From: Squalus acanthias
Lineage: Eukaryota
Reading direction: 5' to 3'
Length of the DNA stretch: 64,000 nucleotides
NCBI GenBank assembly: GCA_030390025.1
Contig: CM059433.1
Span: 2,666,001-2,730,000 of the forward strand
Shown: piece after piece, positions 1-12,936 of the stretch
Layout of the letters: each line of letters begins with the position of its first letter
Position numbering within the stretch: position 1 is the first letter of the stretch
The notes under the pieces: generated by a model
Told to the model about the DNA's origin: nothing
Database searches by the model: none
Seen by the model: only the letters and a program-made list of their open reading frames with translations
Translations under genes and position numbers: made by a program

Positions 1-188
1 AAAGTTAACATGCAGGTACAGCAAGCAATTAGGAAGGAAAATGGCTTGATGGCCTTTATTGCAAGGGGGTTGGAGTACAAGAATAAGGACATCTTACTAC
101 AATTGTACAGGCTTTAGTGAGACCACACCTGAAGTGCTGTGCACAGTTTTGCCTTAGAGGTGGTGCAACAAAGGTTCACTAGATTAAT

Positions 189-701
189 CATAGAATCATA
201 GAAATTTACAGCACAGAAGGAGGCCATTTGGCCCATCTTGTCCATGCCGGCCGACAAAGAGCTATCCAACCGAATCCCACTTTCTAGCACTTGGTCCATA
301 GCCTTGTAGGTTACGGTACTTCAAGGGCACATCCAAGTACTTTTTAAATGTGATGAGGATCTCAGTCTCTACCATCCTTTCAGGCAGTGAGTTCCAGACC
401 CCCACCACCCTCTGGGTGAAAAATTTCTCCTCAACTCCCCTCTAAACCTCCGACCAATTACTTTAAATCTATGCCCCCTGGTTATTGACCTTTCTGCTAA
501 GGGAAATAGGTCCTTCCTATCCACTCTATCTAGGCCCCTCATAATTTTATACACCTCAATTAGGTCTCCCCTCAGCCTCCTCTGTTCCATAGAAAACAAC
601 CCCAGCCTATCCAATCTTTCCTCATAACTAAAATTCCCCAGTCCAGGAAACATCCTCGTAAATCTCTTGTGCACCCACTCTAGTGCAATCACATCCTTCC
701 T
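189..701 (-). mobile_element. 5'-truncated CR1 LINE 3' end
   Basis: ORF 369-692 (EERLDRLGLFSMEQRRLRGDLIEVYKIM); octamer tail atcatagaatcatagaa at ~189-205. Confidence 0.9.
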
Positions 702-1043
702 GGGATGAGATGTTTGTCCTTTTGAGGAGAGATTGAGTAGATTGTGCTTTTACTCTCTGGAGTTTAGAAGAATGAGAGGTGATCTCATTGAAACATATAA
801 GATTCTGAAGGGGATTGACAGGTTAGATGCTGAGAGATTGTTTCCCCTGGCTGGAGTGTTTAGAACTAGGGGGCATAGTCTCAGGATAAGGGGTCGGCCA
901 TTTAAGACTGAGATGAAGAGGAATTTCTTCACTCAGAGGGTTGTGAATCTTTGGAATTCTCTGCCCCAAAGGGCTGTGGATGCTGAATCGTTGAGTATAT
1001 TCAAGGCTGAGATAAATGGATTTTTGGACTCTAGGGGAATCAA

Positions 1044-2757
1044 GAGCCGCAATTTCCCTTACCTCGGTGGGTCCGGTGCGGGTGGCGGGTCCCGACCCCG
1101 CTGCTGGCTCCAGCCCGCTCTGTAGAATGATTTTGCCCTGATTGGGCTTATTAAGCTCGCCCAGCGCATTTGCCAGCCAATTGAAGGAAGCGGGTCTGAT
1201 GACGTAATTTGATGCGTCATCAGCCGGTTTCCTTAAAGGGACCATGTGCAAATTGATTTTGACATTTGTGCTGTCAGTGTTCTACAGCATTGAGGTGCAG
1301 CAAACACTGACAATCACTGCACAAAGGTGCACGGCTGCACCCAGGCTCTCCCATGACTCCCTCCATATGCTTATGGAGGGAGTCACAGCACGCAGGGAGG
1401 TCCTCCTCTCTTCCAATGGGCAGAAGAGACCTCCCCAGGAGACCAACGCAGCCTGGTTGCACATTGCACAGGAGGACACAAGCAGGGATGTCGTCAGGAG
1501 GACCAGGCTGCAGTGGCGCAAACCTTTCAATGATCTCAGTAGATTATGAAACGTTACTGCAAAGCCACACTCATCCTCATCCTGCTGTGCCACTCATCAC
1601 ATCCCCATCACTCTGCCTTCCCTACCCTACTCCTGCACATCCTTACTCACACCAACTTACCTTGCACCTCCACCCATCCCTCTCTATCTACATTATCACA
1701 TTCCCATCTCACTAGCCACCCCTCACACTCATCCTCATCCTAGTCCAATCATACCAACTAACAACACACAAGGGTAGGCACTTGGGTGGTTTGGCCAATG
1801 TTCATGTAAAGTTTCTGTTAATGTGGTGTTAAACATTGAAATCTTTATTTTCAACACTTTGCGTGCTTGGACAGATTTGTGTGCACCTTTGGAAGTGGCT
1901 TAGTGAGTTGCAGTGAATGGTGAGACATAACAGTACCCCCCGCAATGGTGATGAGTGTGAAAGGAATGGCTTGGACATTGTGGGGATGCTTTATGGTGTT
2001 GGTGTGGGGTGGTGCCAACCTGGCACATCATGTGGCAGTCAGGGTGTACAGCATCAAGTGAAGTAAATCTGGTCATGGTGAGGCCATCCCTGGACTCCCG
2101 GGCAGCAATGTGGTCGGGTGCTGATGCCCTGTGTCCTGTGCAGCATCAGTTGATTGCGGAGAAGGTTGGTGGTGCTGCTGGTGTGCCTGGTGCTTCTGGT
2201 GTTGGGGCTGATTGTGGTTGGATTCTGAGGACCAAGGTGAGATAGTTTCAAGGGCACCGATGCTGATGTAATAGGTGGCAGGTGAACTTGAGATGACAGA
2301 AGCGATCTGTCAATGGTGAGAGAGGTAGTTCCAATGAGGTGACACTGGCTAGAGAGTTTGCTTCAAACATTTGCAACATGCATAAAGCTCAATCTGTCTT
2401 CCAAATGCAGTAAGCAACAGCTTCTGAGCTTGGAAAGTGAACAGCTGTGAGATGGGAGCTGTTCTAGCACATTTGCAGCTGTCAAGTAATGAGATGATTC
2501 CATGGCCATGCAACTCTCGCCCTGCTTACCTGAGCGACCTCGTAAAATCTAAAGGTGAGCTCTAAATACTTTTAATACTGACCTGAATTGCTTCCTCCGC
2601 CGCTGCGTGTCGGGTCTGTTCAGCCCTGACAGACCCGACATCTGGGAAAGGCGCGTGGCGGCGGGTTGACAGCGAGTTCCCGGCCCGTTGTCAAAATGTT
2701 TTTCCCTCCCCCGACCTGCCACCAAACGTGCCCGCTGACCCCCTGAAAAATTCCCCC
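1044..2757 (+). mobile_element. Non-autonomous PIF/Harbinger deletion derivative with a Myb/SANT exon remnant
   Basis: Interrupts a CR1 with a CAA duplication (1041-1043 / 2758-2760). ORF 1244-1549 has SANT-like APRLSHDSL...AWLHIAQE...RTRLQWRKPFNDL. An inverted copy lies at 10934-12936. Confidence 0.8.
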
Positions 2758-3721
2758 CAAGGGATATGGGGATCGGGCGGGAAAGTGGCGTTGAGGTTGA
2801 AGATCAGCCATGATCTTATTGAATGGCGGAGCAGGCTCGAGGGGCCGTATGGCCGACTCCTGCTCCTAATTCTTATGTTCTTTTATGTTCTAAGTAGTCA
2901 TATATTGCATTACCATTATCAGTTTATTTGAACTCTTGCTATTTGCTATGAACATATATGCCCTTGTAATGTGTTGGCAGCAAAGATAGCTTGGATCCAA
3001 TATCATGGAAGGAGATTAAAAAAAACATGATGTGACCTCTTGATTATTTTCAGCAAGTTGTCTGTGCAGGAACTGGACGAGGGAAACTCCAATAATATTG
3101 TGTTGCTGGAAATGGCTCAGCCAATTTGATGTTTCTATGTAAGAATGATATGTGGTTCTTTTAATGATGTTAGGACTGTTTATGCCTGTGGGCTTTGTAT
3201 AAAATAAGATCTTAACCAGCTGCTGTTGATATATCTGTGGTGATTATACTATTTTTTCTTTAATTAGTTGATGTCTATGATGTAGATTATTACATGGAAT
3301 GCTTAATGTCCACAGTTTCTTGTTTTGTGCTTCGTACTTTTTAAAAAAAAAAGGAAAATTAAGTTTAAAAAAAAAACTCAGACAGTAATACATGTTTTGC
3401 TTTCTGTAACTTCTTAATAACTGAGTGGGCAAATGTCATACAGACAAGAAAGGTCCCAGGTTCAATTCCTGGTAAGTGCTGCGTTAGCTATTCTCAGCTG
3501 GAATGGTAATGGGAGATATTAAAATCGCCTTTAATTCCACTGGGCACAAGAGAGAAAAAACATTCGTCCAGTAACCCCTGCTCCTGAGCACTAAGTGGGC
3601 ATGAATGGATATTGAGCTCAATTGTGATACTCCCACATATTTGAGTAGCCTGCTGACCCATAAGCCAAGCTTTTCCGCTTCTATATTTGCCAGCCCATAA
3701 TTTTTCAATCCACTAAAATGA

Positions 3722-4987
3722 AGGGGGTGGGGGGCGCGGAGTCGGGGGGGTGGGGGGTGGTTGCTGGGGGTGGGGGGGCGGGTGTAGGGTGTGGGGGGTG
3801 GGGTCGGGGGGGTGGGGGGTGCTTTAGCTACTTAACTGCCTGTTAACAGGGTTAGGGTTAGGGTGGTTAACTGGTAGTTAACAGGCAGCTAAGAGGCTTT
3901 TTCCAATTTTTAGACTGCTGCTGCGGGCTTCCCGACGTCGGGGAACCCCGCCAGGGTAAGTGAGGCGTGCTGTGGGTCTGTTGTTATGTTGGTGTTTGGA
4001 TGACAGCTGCAGAAGTGGTGTGAAGGATGCAATGGGACACTGGTTAGTTTTAGAGGTAAGGACATGTTGTGAAAGTAATTTTTAAAGTGGTTAGATGTTT
4101 CTGCAGGTGACAAGCTGTGAAGTGTTTGTGTAGCCTCATCTCATCGGGAGAAGTGACAGATGTCTTCTGCAATCTCAGCTGCAGCTGCCATCTGTTTTAT
4201 CCTAAGGAGAGAGTAATTGGAGAGCCTAGGTGAAAGGGCTCACATTTGAACAGTGATTGTCAGTGTTTGACAGCACCTCAATGCTGTCAAACACTGTCAA
4301 ATCATCTGTCAAACAAGTGTGGTGCATATGCCTTTAAGAAAACCGGCAGATGAAGCGTCATCAACTGATGTCATCTGACACTGGCTTTCCCTTAATTGGC
4401 CAGCAAGCCCACAGGGCGGGCTTAACAAGGCCAATCAGGGCAAAATAGCGTCTGTTCGTCAGATGGGCAACACGGTGGCATAGTGGTTAGCACTGGTGCC
4501 TCACAGCGCCAGGGACCCGGGTTCGAATCTGACCTAGGGTGACTGTCTGTGTGGAGTTTGCACATTCTCCCCGTGTCTGCGTGGGTTTCCTCCGGGTGCT
4601 CCGGTTTCCTCCCACAGTCCAAAAATGTGCGGGTTAGGTTGATTTGGCTATGATAAATTGACCCTTAGTGTTAGGGGGATTAAATATGTGGGGTTATGGG
4701 GATAGGATGGGATATGTTCGGGGGAATTAAATACGTGTGGTTACGGGGGTAGGGTGGGATATGTGTACTGTGGGGATTAAAGCAGGGACAGGGTACTGGA
4801 TTTGGATGATCAGCCATGATCGTATTGAATGGTGGAGCAGGCTCGACGGGCCGAATGGCCTACTCCTGCTCCTAGATTCTATGTTTCTATGTTTCTATGT
4901 TCTGTTTCTATGTCGCTGGGGGTGGGACTGGAACCCGAAAACCAGCAGTCCCGCCTCGAACTGGGCCTGGAAGGTAAGATTCCGCCC
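3722..4987 (+). mobile_element. MITE-like element of the same family as 34334-35098 and 41004-41497, interrupted by a SINE
   Basis: Shared blocks (gggaaccccgccaggg, TTTGACAGC hairpin, gggcgggcttaacaagg); left end uncertain. Confidence 0.6.
4465..4912 (+). mobile_element. tRNA-derived V-SINE (HE1-like) with CR1-derived tail
   Basis: A box tggcatagtgg, B box ggttcgaatc, V-domain gtggagtttgcacattctccccgtgtctgcgtgggtttcctccgggtgctccggtttcctcccaca; 3' end matches the CR1 3' UTR plus ttctatgt repeats. Confidence 0.9.
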
Positions 4988-6450
4988 ATAGAGTCATAAC
5001 GGCACAGAAGGAGGCCATTTGGCTCATCAAATCCGTGCCGGCTCTCTGTAGAGCAATCCAATCAGTCCCATTCCCCCGCCCTATCCCCGTAGCCCTGCAA
5101 GTTTATTTCCCTCAAGTGCCTATCCAGTCTCCCCTTGAAAACATTGAGGGCTAGAAATTGAGTAGCGCCCCGTTTGAGGCGCTAACTTCGCTGGGGTGCT
5201 ACTTTTAGCACCCTGGAAAAATTAGCACCCCCGCACCAGAAAATGATGTGGTTGCACCCCAAGAAGGAAGGGGAGCGCTACTGGAAATGCCCCGCATCCC
5301 TCTTGGGGCGTTGCGAGTCACTATCGCGGCGCTATGTGCTGCAGCGCTATGTGCTGCAGCGCCATGTGCTGCGGTTTTGCAGGCCTTCCTCCCCTTCTTA
5401 AAGGGGAGGGGCCTTGGGCAGCGCGACCCGGGGCCCAGCTGGGCCCCTGGGGATCGGAGTGCCAGCAAAAGAGCCCGGCACTCAAGGAAAGTGCTGGGCT
5501 CTTGGAGCGCAGCTGGCACTCCGCGGGGGGGGGGGGGGCGCCGTTCAGGAGGCCGGGGACGGAGGGGCAGGCAGGTGCTGGCAGGCGGCCAGCAATAAAA
5601 ATGGCCACCCCGCACCTCACCTTTAAAAAGCACCTCCCCGGCTGCAGGTAGGCCCCCTTGTCCCCGTCGGACATAGCATCCGGCGGTAAGTCAGCGGGCG
5701 CTTCCAAAGATCGCGCCGGGGCGCGAGCATGGCGATGATGTCATCGCCGGTGGCGCGGGCGCTAACAGGAGGCTCAAAGCAACCCAATTTTTCCCCCATA
5801 GTGTCTCCGCTTCCACCACTTCCGTCGGCAGCGAGTTCCAGGTCCTCACCACTCGCTACGTAAAAAAGTTTTTCCTCATATCCTCCCCTGTATCTCTTGC
5901 CCAAAACCTTAAATCTGTGTCCCCTAGTCCTTGTACCATCAACTAGTGGGAACAGCCTTTCCCCGTCTAGCCTATCCAAACCCATCATAATCTTGTACAC
6001 CTCTATCAAATCATCCCTCAACCTCCTTTGCTCTAATGAAAACAAATCCAGCTTGTCCAACCTGTCCTTGTAGCTAAGATCCCCCATCCCCGGAATCATT
6101 CTGGTAAATCTCCTCTGCACCCTCTCAAGTGCCTTCACATCCTTCCTAAAGTGTGGTGACCAGAACTGGATGCAATACTCCAGTTGTGGCCTAACCAGCG
6201 CTTTATAAAGGTTCAGCATTACCTCTCTACTTTTGTACTCAATACCTCTATTTATGAAGCCCAAGATCCCATATGCTTTGTTAACCACTCTCTCAATATG
6301 TCCCGCCACCTTCAGGGACCTATGCACATTAACTCCCAGGTCCCTCTGTCCCTGCACACTCTTTAAAACTGTGCCATTGAGTGTATATTGCCTCTTCCTG
6401 TTCCTTTTGCCAAAATGCATCACCTCGCACTTCTCTGTATTAAACTCCAT
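4988..6450 (-). mobile_element. 5'-truncated CR1 LINE interrupted by a MITE
   Basis: ORF 5623-6450 is the CR1 RT C-terminus; the 3' UTR continues at 4988-5147 and matches the uninterrupted copy at 33912-34333. Confidence 0.9.
5148..5797. mobile_element. Harbinger-type MITE sharing ends with the element at 43954-47893
   Basis: Ends gggctagaaattg / caatttttccccc; subterminal cgccccgtttgaggcgctaactt resembles the right end of the two-gene element. Confidence 0.75.
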
Positions 6451-6730
6451 CTGTCCTTCCTATCCACTCCATCTAGGCCCCTCATAATTTTAAACACCTC
6501 AATTAAGTCTCCCCTCAGCCTCCTCTGTTCCAAAGAAAACAATAACAATCCCAGCCAATCCAATCTTTCCTCATAGCTAAAATTCTCCAGTTCTGGCAAC
6601 ATCCTCATAAATCTCCTTTGTACCCTCTCTAGTGCAATCACATCTTTCCTGTAATGTGGTGACCAGAACAGTACACAGTACTCTAGCTGAGGCCTAACTA
6701 GTGTTTTATACAGTTCAAGCAGAACCTCCG
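6451..6730 (-). mobile_element. CR1 RT fragment
   Basis: LYKTLVRPQLEYCVLFWSPHYRKD in ORF 6420-6851. Confidence 0.85.
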
Positions 6731-7145
6731 TGTCAGTGGGTAGCACACTCGCCTCTGAGTCAGAAGGTTGTGGGTTCATAGTCCCACTCCAGAGACTTGA
6801 GCACAGAAAGCTAGGCTGACACTCCAGTGCAGTGCTGAGGGAGTGCTGCACTGTTGGAGATGCCGTCTTTCAGATAAGACGTTAAACCGAGGCCCTGTCT
6901 GCTCTCTCAGGTGGATGTAAAAGATCCCATGCCACTATTTCGAAGAAGAGCAGGGGAGTTATCCCCGGTGTCCTGGCCAATATTTATCCCTCAACCAACA
7001 TAACAAAAAACAGATTATCTGGTCATTATCACATTGCTGTTTGTGGGAGTTTGCTGTGCACAAATTGGCTGCCATGTTTCCAACATTACAACAGTGACTC
7101 CACTTCATTGGCTGTAAAGTGCTTTGAGAGGTCTGGTGGTCGTCA
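6731..7145 (+). mobile_element. tRNA-headed Deu-domain SINE (SacSINE1-like)
   Basis: tRNA-like head, then aaaccgaggccc...aaagatcccatg...ccccggtgtcctggccaa, recognisable as the Deu domain; related copies at 49315-49495, 51645-52000 and 61710-62060. Confidence 0.75.
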
Positions 7146-7374
7146 AAGAACATAAGAACATAACATAAGAACAGAACATAAGAACAGAACATAAGAACAG
7201 AACATAAGAACAGAACATAAGAACAGAACATAAGAACAGAACATAAGAACAGAACATAAGAACAGAACATAAGAACAGAACATAAGAACAGAACATAAGA
7301 ACAGAACATAAGAACAGAACATAAGAACAGAACATAAGAACAGAACATAAGAACAGAACATAAGAACAGAACAT
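7146..7374. repeat. 13-bp tandem repeat (ATAAGAACAGAAC) x ~16, expanded from a CR1 tail
   Basis: Direct reading; it begins with the cataagaa CR1 tail octamer and abuts CR1 3' sequence. Confidence 0.95.
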
Positions 7375-7770
7375 GGAGCAGGCCAATCGGCAAGTCTTTC
7401 TTTATATTCTATGTCTCGGCTAATAAAGGAAAGTAACCCGTATACCTTCTTAACCACCTTATCTACCTGTCCTGCTATCTTCAGGGATCTGTGGACATGC
7501 ACTCCAAGGTCCCTCTATTCCTCTACACTTCTCAGTGTCCTACCATTATTGTTAGCCCTCCCCAAATGCATTACCTCACACTTCTCCAGATTGAATTCCA
7601 TTTGCCACTGTTCTGCCCACCGGACCAGTCCACTGATATCTTCCTGCAGTCTGCAGCTTTCTTCCTCACTATCAACCACACGGCCAATTTTTGTATCATC
7701 TGCAAACTTCTTAATCATGCCCCCTACATTGAAGTCTAAATCACTGATATATACCACAAAAAGCAAGGGA
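7375..7770 (-). mobile_element. CR1 RT fragment
   Basis: KKFADDTKIG in ORF 7515-7841. Confidence 0.85.
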
Positions 7771-8862
7771 CATAGAAGCATAGAAACATAGAAGATAGGA
7801 GCAGGAGTAGGCCAATCGGCCCCTCGAGCCTGCTCTGCCATTTAATGAGATCATGGCTGATCATCCAAATTCAGTACCCTGTACCTGCCTTCTCCCCATA
7901 TCCCTTGATCCCTTTAGCCTTAAGAAATATATCTATCTCCTTCTTGAATATATTTAATGAATTGGCCTCAACTGCCTTCTGTGGTAGAATTCCATAGGTT
8001 CACCACTCTCTGGGTGAAGAAATTCCTCCTCATCTCCGTCCTAAATGGCTTGCCCCTTATCCTTAGACTGTGACCTCTGGTGCTGGACTCCCCCGCCATC
8101 GGGAACATCCTTCCTGCATCTAGTCTGTCTAGTCCTGTTAGAATTTTATAAGTTTCAATGGGATCCCCTCTCATTCTTCGAAACTCTAGCGAATATAAGC
8201 CTAATCAACCCAATTTCTCTTCATACGTCACTCCTGCCATCCCAGGTATCAGTCTGGTGAATCTTCGCTGCACTCCCTCCATGGCAAGAACATCCTTCCT
8301 CAGATAAGGCGACCAAAACTGCACACAGTACTCAAGGTGTGGTCTCACCAAGGCCTTGTACAATTGCAGCAAGACATACTTGCTCCTGTACTCGAATCCT
8401 CTCGCTATGAAGGCCAACATACCATTTGCCTTCTTAACCGCCTGCTGCACCTGCATGCTTACCTTCAGCGACTGGTGCACAAGGACTCCCAGATCTCGTT
8501 GCACTTCCCCTTTTCCCAATCTATTGCCGTTCAGATAATAATCTGTCTTCCTGTTTTTGACACCAAAGTGGATAACCTCGCATTTATCCACATTATACTG
8601 CATCTGCCATGCATCTGCCCAATCACCCAACCTGTCCAAATCATACTGGAGTTTCTCTGCATCCTCCTCACAACACACACGCCCACCCAGCTTTGTGTCG
8701 TCTGCAAACTTAGAGATATTACATCTAGTTCCCTCATCTAGATCATTAATATATATTGTGAATAGCTGGGGTCCTAGCACCGATCCCTGTGGTACCCCAC
8801 TAGTCACTGCCTGCCACTCAGAAAAAGACCCGTTTATTCCAACTCTTTGCTTCCTGTCTGTC
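7771..8862 (-). mobile_element. 5'-truncated CR1 LINE, frameshifted, inserted into an older CR1
   Basis: ORF 8205-8903 with [10 protein letters not shown] and KFADDTK, ORF 7968-8174, 3' UTR and catagaa tail at ~7771-7797. Confidence 0.92.
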
Positions 8863-10925
8863 TGAGCCCTGAGGAACCCCACTGGAAACAGCTTTCCAGT
8901 CACAAAAACACCTGTTGACCATTACCCTTTGCTTCCTGCCACTGAGACAATTTTGGATCTAACTTGCCACTTTTCCTTGGATCCCGTGGGCTTTTACTTT
9001 TCTGACCAGTCTGCCATGTGAGACCTTGTCAAAAGTCTTGCTAAAATCCATATAGATTACATCAAATGCACTACCCTCATCGACCCGACTTGTTACCTGC
9101 TCAAAAAAAATCAATCAAGTTAGTTAGACATGACCTTCCCTTAATAAATCCATGCTGACTGTCCCTGATTAACCCGTGCATTTCTAAATGAAGATTTATC
9201 CTGTCCCTCAATATTTTTTCCAATAATTTGCCCACCACTGAGGTTAGGCTGATTGGCCTGTAATTACTCGGTCTATCCCTTTCTCACTTTTTAAACAAAG
9301 GTACCACGTTAGCAGTCTTCCAGTCCTCCGGCATCACACCTGTAGCCAGAGAGGATTGAAAAATGATGGTCAGAGCCTCCGCTATTTCCTTCCTTGCTTC
9401 TGTTAACAGCCTGGGATACAGTTCACCCGGGCCTGGTGATTTATCTGCTTTCAAAGATGCTAAACCCCTTAATACTTCCTCTCTCGCTATGTTTATCTCA
9501 TCTATATTTCACACTCCTCGGCCAGAATTTTCCGTGGTGGTAGCGGGTGTGATCGGTGGCGGGTCGGGTGGGAAGTTGTTATTTTTGACAGCGGGTCAGG
9601 AACCCACTGTCATCTCGCCCCCACTCACCTTTCCCCCCGGCGCGTCTGTCATCGCGGAACCGACCCGAACGGCAGCGGCGGGCGACCCAATTGAGATCAT
9701 TATCGGGTAGTTGTCAGACCCTTAAGAGCCTTTTTTGACTTACTTTTTAAATTTCCCTGCATGGCCACGGGATTCACGCAGCTCGGGAACCATGTCTGTC
9801 AACCTGAGGTGGGAGTTCAGTTGCCATTGCTCCAGCTGATTACTTGACAGCATCAAATGTACTATAAAAGCTCCCACCTGACAGATGGTCACTTTCCTCA
9901 GGCAGAAGCTGTTGCTCAGTCCATTCCCAGCACAGATTCTGCAGGCTGCAAGTCTTTCCAGCAAAGTCTCCATCCAGTCTCACCTCATTGGAAGAACTCT
10001 CTGACCATTGACAGATTGCTTCTGTCATCTGTACTTCACCTGCCATCTATTCCATCAGCATGGGTGCCCTTTATACTGTCTCACCTTGGTCCTCAGAATC
10101 GGACCACGATGAGCCCCAACACCAGCAGCACCAGGCACACCAGCAGCACCAACAACAACACCAACCTTCTCCGTAATCACCTGATGCTGCACAGGACAGA
10201 GGGCATCAGCACCCTAGCATATTGCTGCCCAAAACACCAGGGATGGCCTCATCATGGCCAGATTTACTTCACTTAACATTGTACACCCATATGGCTGCCA
10301 CATAATGTGCCAGGTTGGCACCACCCCACAACAACACCATAAAGCATCCCTACAATGACCAAGCCATTCCTTTCACACTCATCACCATTGCGGGGGGTAC
10401 CGTTATGTCTCACTAACTCACTAAGCCACTTCCAAAGGGACACACAAATCTATCCAAGTGTTGAAAATAAAGATTTTTATGTTTGACACCACAGTGTGAT
10501 TTTTTTTATTCTTCAGTTCAACCCATATGGCCTCATTTGATGATCCTTGTAACATATGATCCCTCCTCACAGCTGTAATTGTTTCTTTAACCAATATTGC
10601 CACCAATCATTTTTTATACCCCTCTCTATCTCATCTGAAAACCCTGTAACCAGGAATGTTGAGCTGCCATTCCTGCCCTTCTTTCAGCCATGTTTCAGTA
10701 ATAGCTGTGATATCGTACTCCCACATGTCTCTCTGTGCCCTCAGCTCATCTGACTTATTTACTAGTCTCCCTGCATTGAAGTTTATACCATTAAGCATTG
10801 CCAAATCCCTTTGTTGTCTATTTTCTAGCCTTTGTTTCCTCTGCCTTCCAAACTCACTTACTAATTTTCTGCCTTCCATTTCCAGCTTTGCTTCTCTCCC
10901 TTCTGAATCTACACTCAGGTTCCCA
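8863..10925 (-). mobile_element. Older CR1 ORF2 pieces (RT start 8863-9519; endonuclease start 10496-10925)
   Basis: ORF 10631-10879 (ITETWLKEGQEWQLNIPGYRVFR) and KADKSPGP/NYRPISLT-type sequence at 9240-9450. Confidence 0.8.
9520..10495 (-). mobile_element. Truncated Harbinger deletion derivative (family of 1044-2757)
   Basis: Left end ggccagaattttcc; 9740-10495 aligns by eye with 11150-11900. Confidence 0.75.
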
Positions 10926-10933
10926 TGACAACA

Positions 10934-12936
10934 GGGCCGGAATTTTCCGGGGCGTCAGCGGGCAGGATTGGTGGCGGGTCAGGTGGGAACTTTGATATTT
11001 TTGACAGCAGGTCAACCTGCTGTCAACTCGCACCCACGCGCCTTTCCCGATGTCGGGTCTGTCAGCGCTGAGCAGACCCGACAGGCAGCAGCTGGCGACC
11101 CAATTCTTATAATTATTGGCTTGTTTAGAGTCACTTAAGAATGATTTTCAGCTTACCTTTTGCATTTGACAGCTCGCCCACGCTGGTTATGGACCACGTC
11201 TCTCAAGCTGAGGCAGGAGTTCAGTGGCCATTGAATCAGCTGATGAGTTGACAGCTTCAAATGTAAAGTAAGAGCTCCCACCTTAGAGATATCTTTCCTC
11301 AGCCACAAGCTGTTCCTCACTGCATTTCCACAATATATTAAGCATGCAGCAAGACTTTACACAAGTCTCCAACCAGTCTCACCTCATTACCTCTCTCACC
11401 ACTAACATCGCTTCTGTCATCTCTACTTCACAAGCCATCTATTCAATCAGCATGGGTGCCCTTGAAACACTCTCACCTTGGTCCTCAGAATCCCACCACG
11501 ATCAGCCCCAACATCAGCAGCACCAGGCACACCAGCAGCACCAACAACAACACCAACCTTCTCCGCAATCAACTGATGCTACACAGGACACAGGGCATCA
11601 GCACCCGACCACATTGCTGCCCGAGAGGCCAGGGATGGCCTCACCATAGCCAGATTTATTTCACTTGATGCTGTACAGCCTGGCTGCTACATGATGTGCC
11701 AGGTTGGCACCACCCCACACCAACAACATAAAGCATCCCTACAATGCCCAAGCCATTCCTTTCACACTCATCACCATTGTGGGGTGTATCGTTATGTCTC
11801 ACCATTCACTGCAACTCACGAAGCCACTTCCAAAAATGCGCACAAATCTGTCCAATAATGCAAAGTGTTGAAAATAAAGGTTTCAATGTTTGACACCACA
11901 TTAACAGAAACTTTACATGAACATTGCATAAAACACCCAAGTACCTACCCTTGTGTGTTGTTAGTTGGTATGATTGCACTTGGATGAGGGTGAGTGTGAG
12001 GGGTGGCTAGTGAGATGGGGATGTGATAATATAGATAGAGAGAGAGAGAGGGATGGGTGGAGGTCCAAGGTAAGTTGGTGTGATTAAGGAGGTGCAGGAG
12101 TAGGGTAGGGAAGACAGAGTGATGGGGATGTGGTGAGAGGCGCAGCAGAATGAGGTTGAGTGTGGCTTTGCAGTAACATTTTGTGATCTAATGAGATCAT
12201 TGAAATGTTTGTGGCACTGCAGCCTGGTCCTCCTGACCACATCCCTGCTTATGCCCTCTGCAATGTGCAACTGGGCTGTGTTGATCTCCTTGGGAGGTCT
12301 CTTCCGCCCATCGGAAGGAAAGAGAACCTCCCTGCTTAGAACATAAGAACATAAGAAGTAGGAGTAGGAGTAGGCCATACGATCCTTCGGGCCTGCTCCG
12401 CCATTCAATAGGATCATGGCTGATCCGAACCTAGACTCATGTCCACTTCCCTGCCCGCTCACCATAACCCTTAATTCCCTTATCAGCTAGGAAACTGTCT
12501 ATCTCCGTTTTAAATTTATTTAATGTCGCAGCTTCCACAGCTCTCTGAGGTAGCAAATTCCATAGATTTACTCCCCTGAGTGAAGAACTCACTGCTTGCT
12601 GTGACTTCCTCCATAAGCATATGGATGGAGTCATGGGAGAGCCTGGGTGCAGCTTTGTGCAGTGTTTGCAGCAGCTCAATGCTGTAGAACACTGACAGCA
12701 CAACTGTCAAAATAAATTTGGCCATGGTCCCTTTAAGGAAACCGGCTGATGATGCGTCTTCAAATGACGTCACCAGACCCGCTTTCTTTAATTGGCTGGG
12801 AAATGCGTTGGGCGAGCTTAAGAAGCCCAATCAGGGCAAAATCATTCTACAGAGCCGGCTGGAGCCAGCAGCGGGGTCGGGACCCGCCAGAGACATCGCC
12901 CGCCACAGACCCACCGGGGTAAGCAAAATCCGGGCC
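10934..12936 (-). mobile_element. Non-autonomous Harbinger deletion derivative containing a CR1 3' fragment (12338-12590)
   Basis: Terminal inverted repeats gggccggaattt / aaaatccgggcc; inverted homologue of 1044-2757; SANT remnant split across ORFs 12516-12830 and 12007-12465. Confidence 0.82.

Larger units (their letters stand above)
1..2892 (+). mobile_element. Degraded CR1 LINE 3' part, split into pieces (1-188, 702-1043, 2758-2892) by two insertions
   Basis: ORF 733-1125 gives the CR1 RT C-terminus (RRMRGDLIETYKIL...RNFFTQRVVNLWNSLPQ). The sequence resumes at 2758 with the CR1 3' UTR and a ttcttatg tail. Confidence 0.85.

Noticed and set aside
3849..3863. Interstitial telomere repeat
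   Set aside because: Only two TTAGGG units, inside a MITE-like element.
4465..4540. tRNA gene
   Set aside because: The A/B boxes are the head of a V-SINE and run straight into the V domain.
6959..7502. Hydrophobic ORFs with repeated LFLCSVLMFCSYV
   Set aside because: Translation of the 13-bp tandem repeat.
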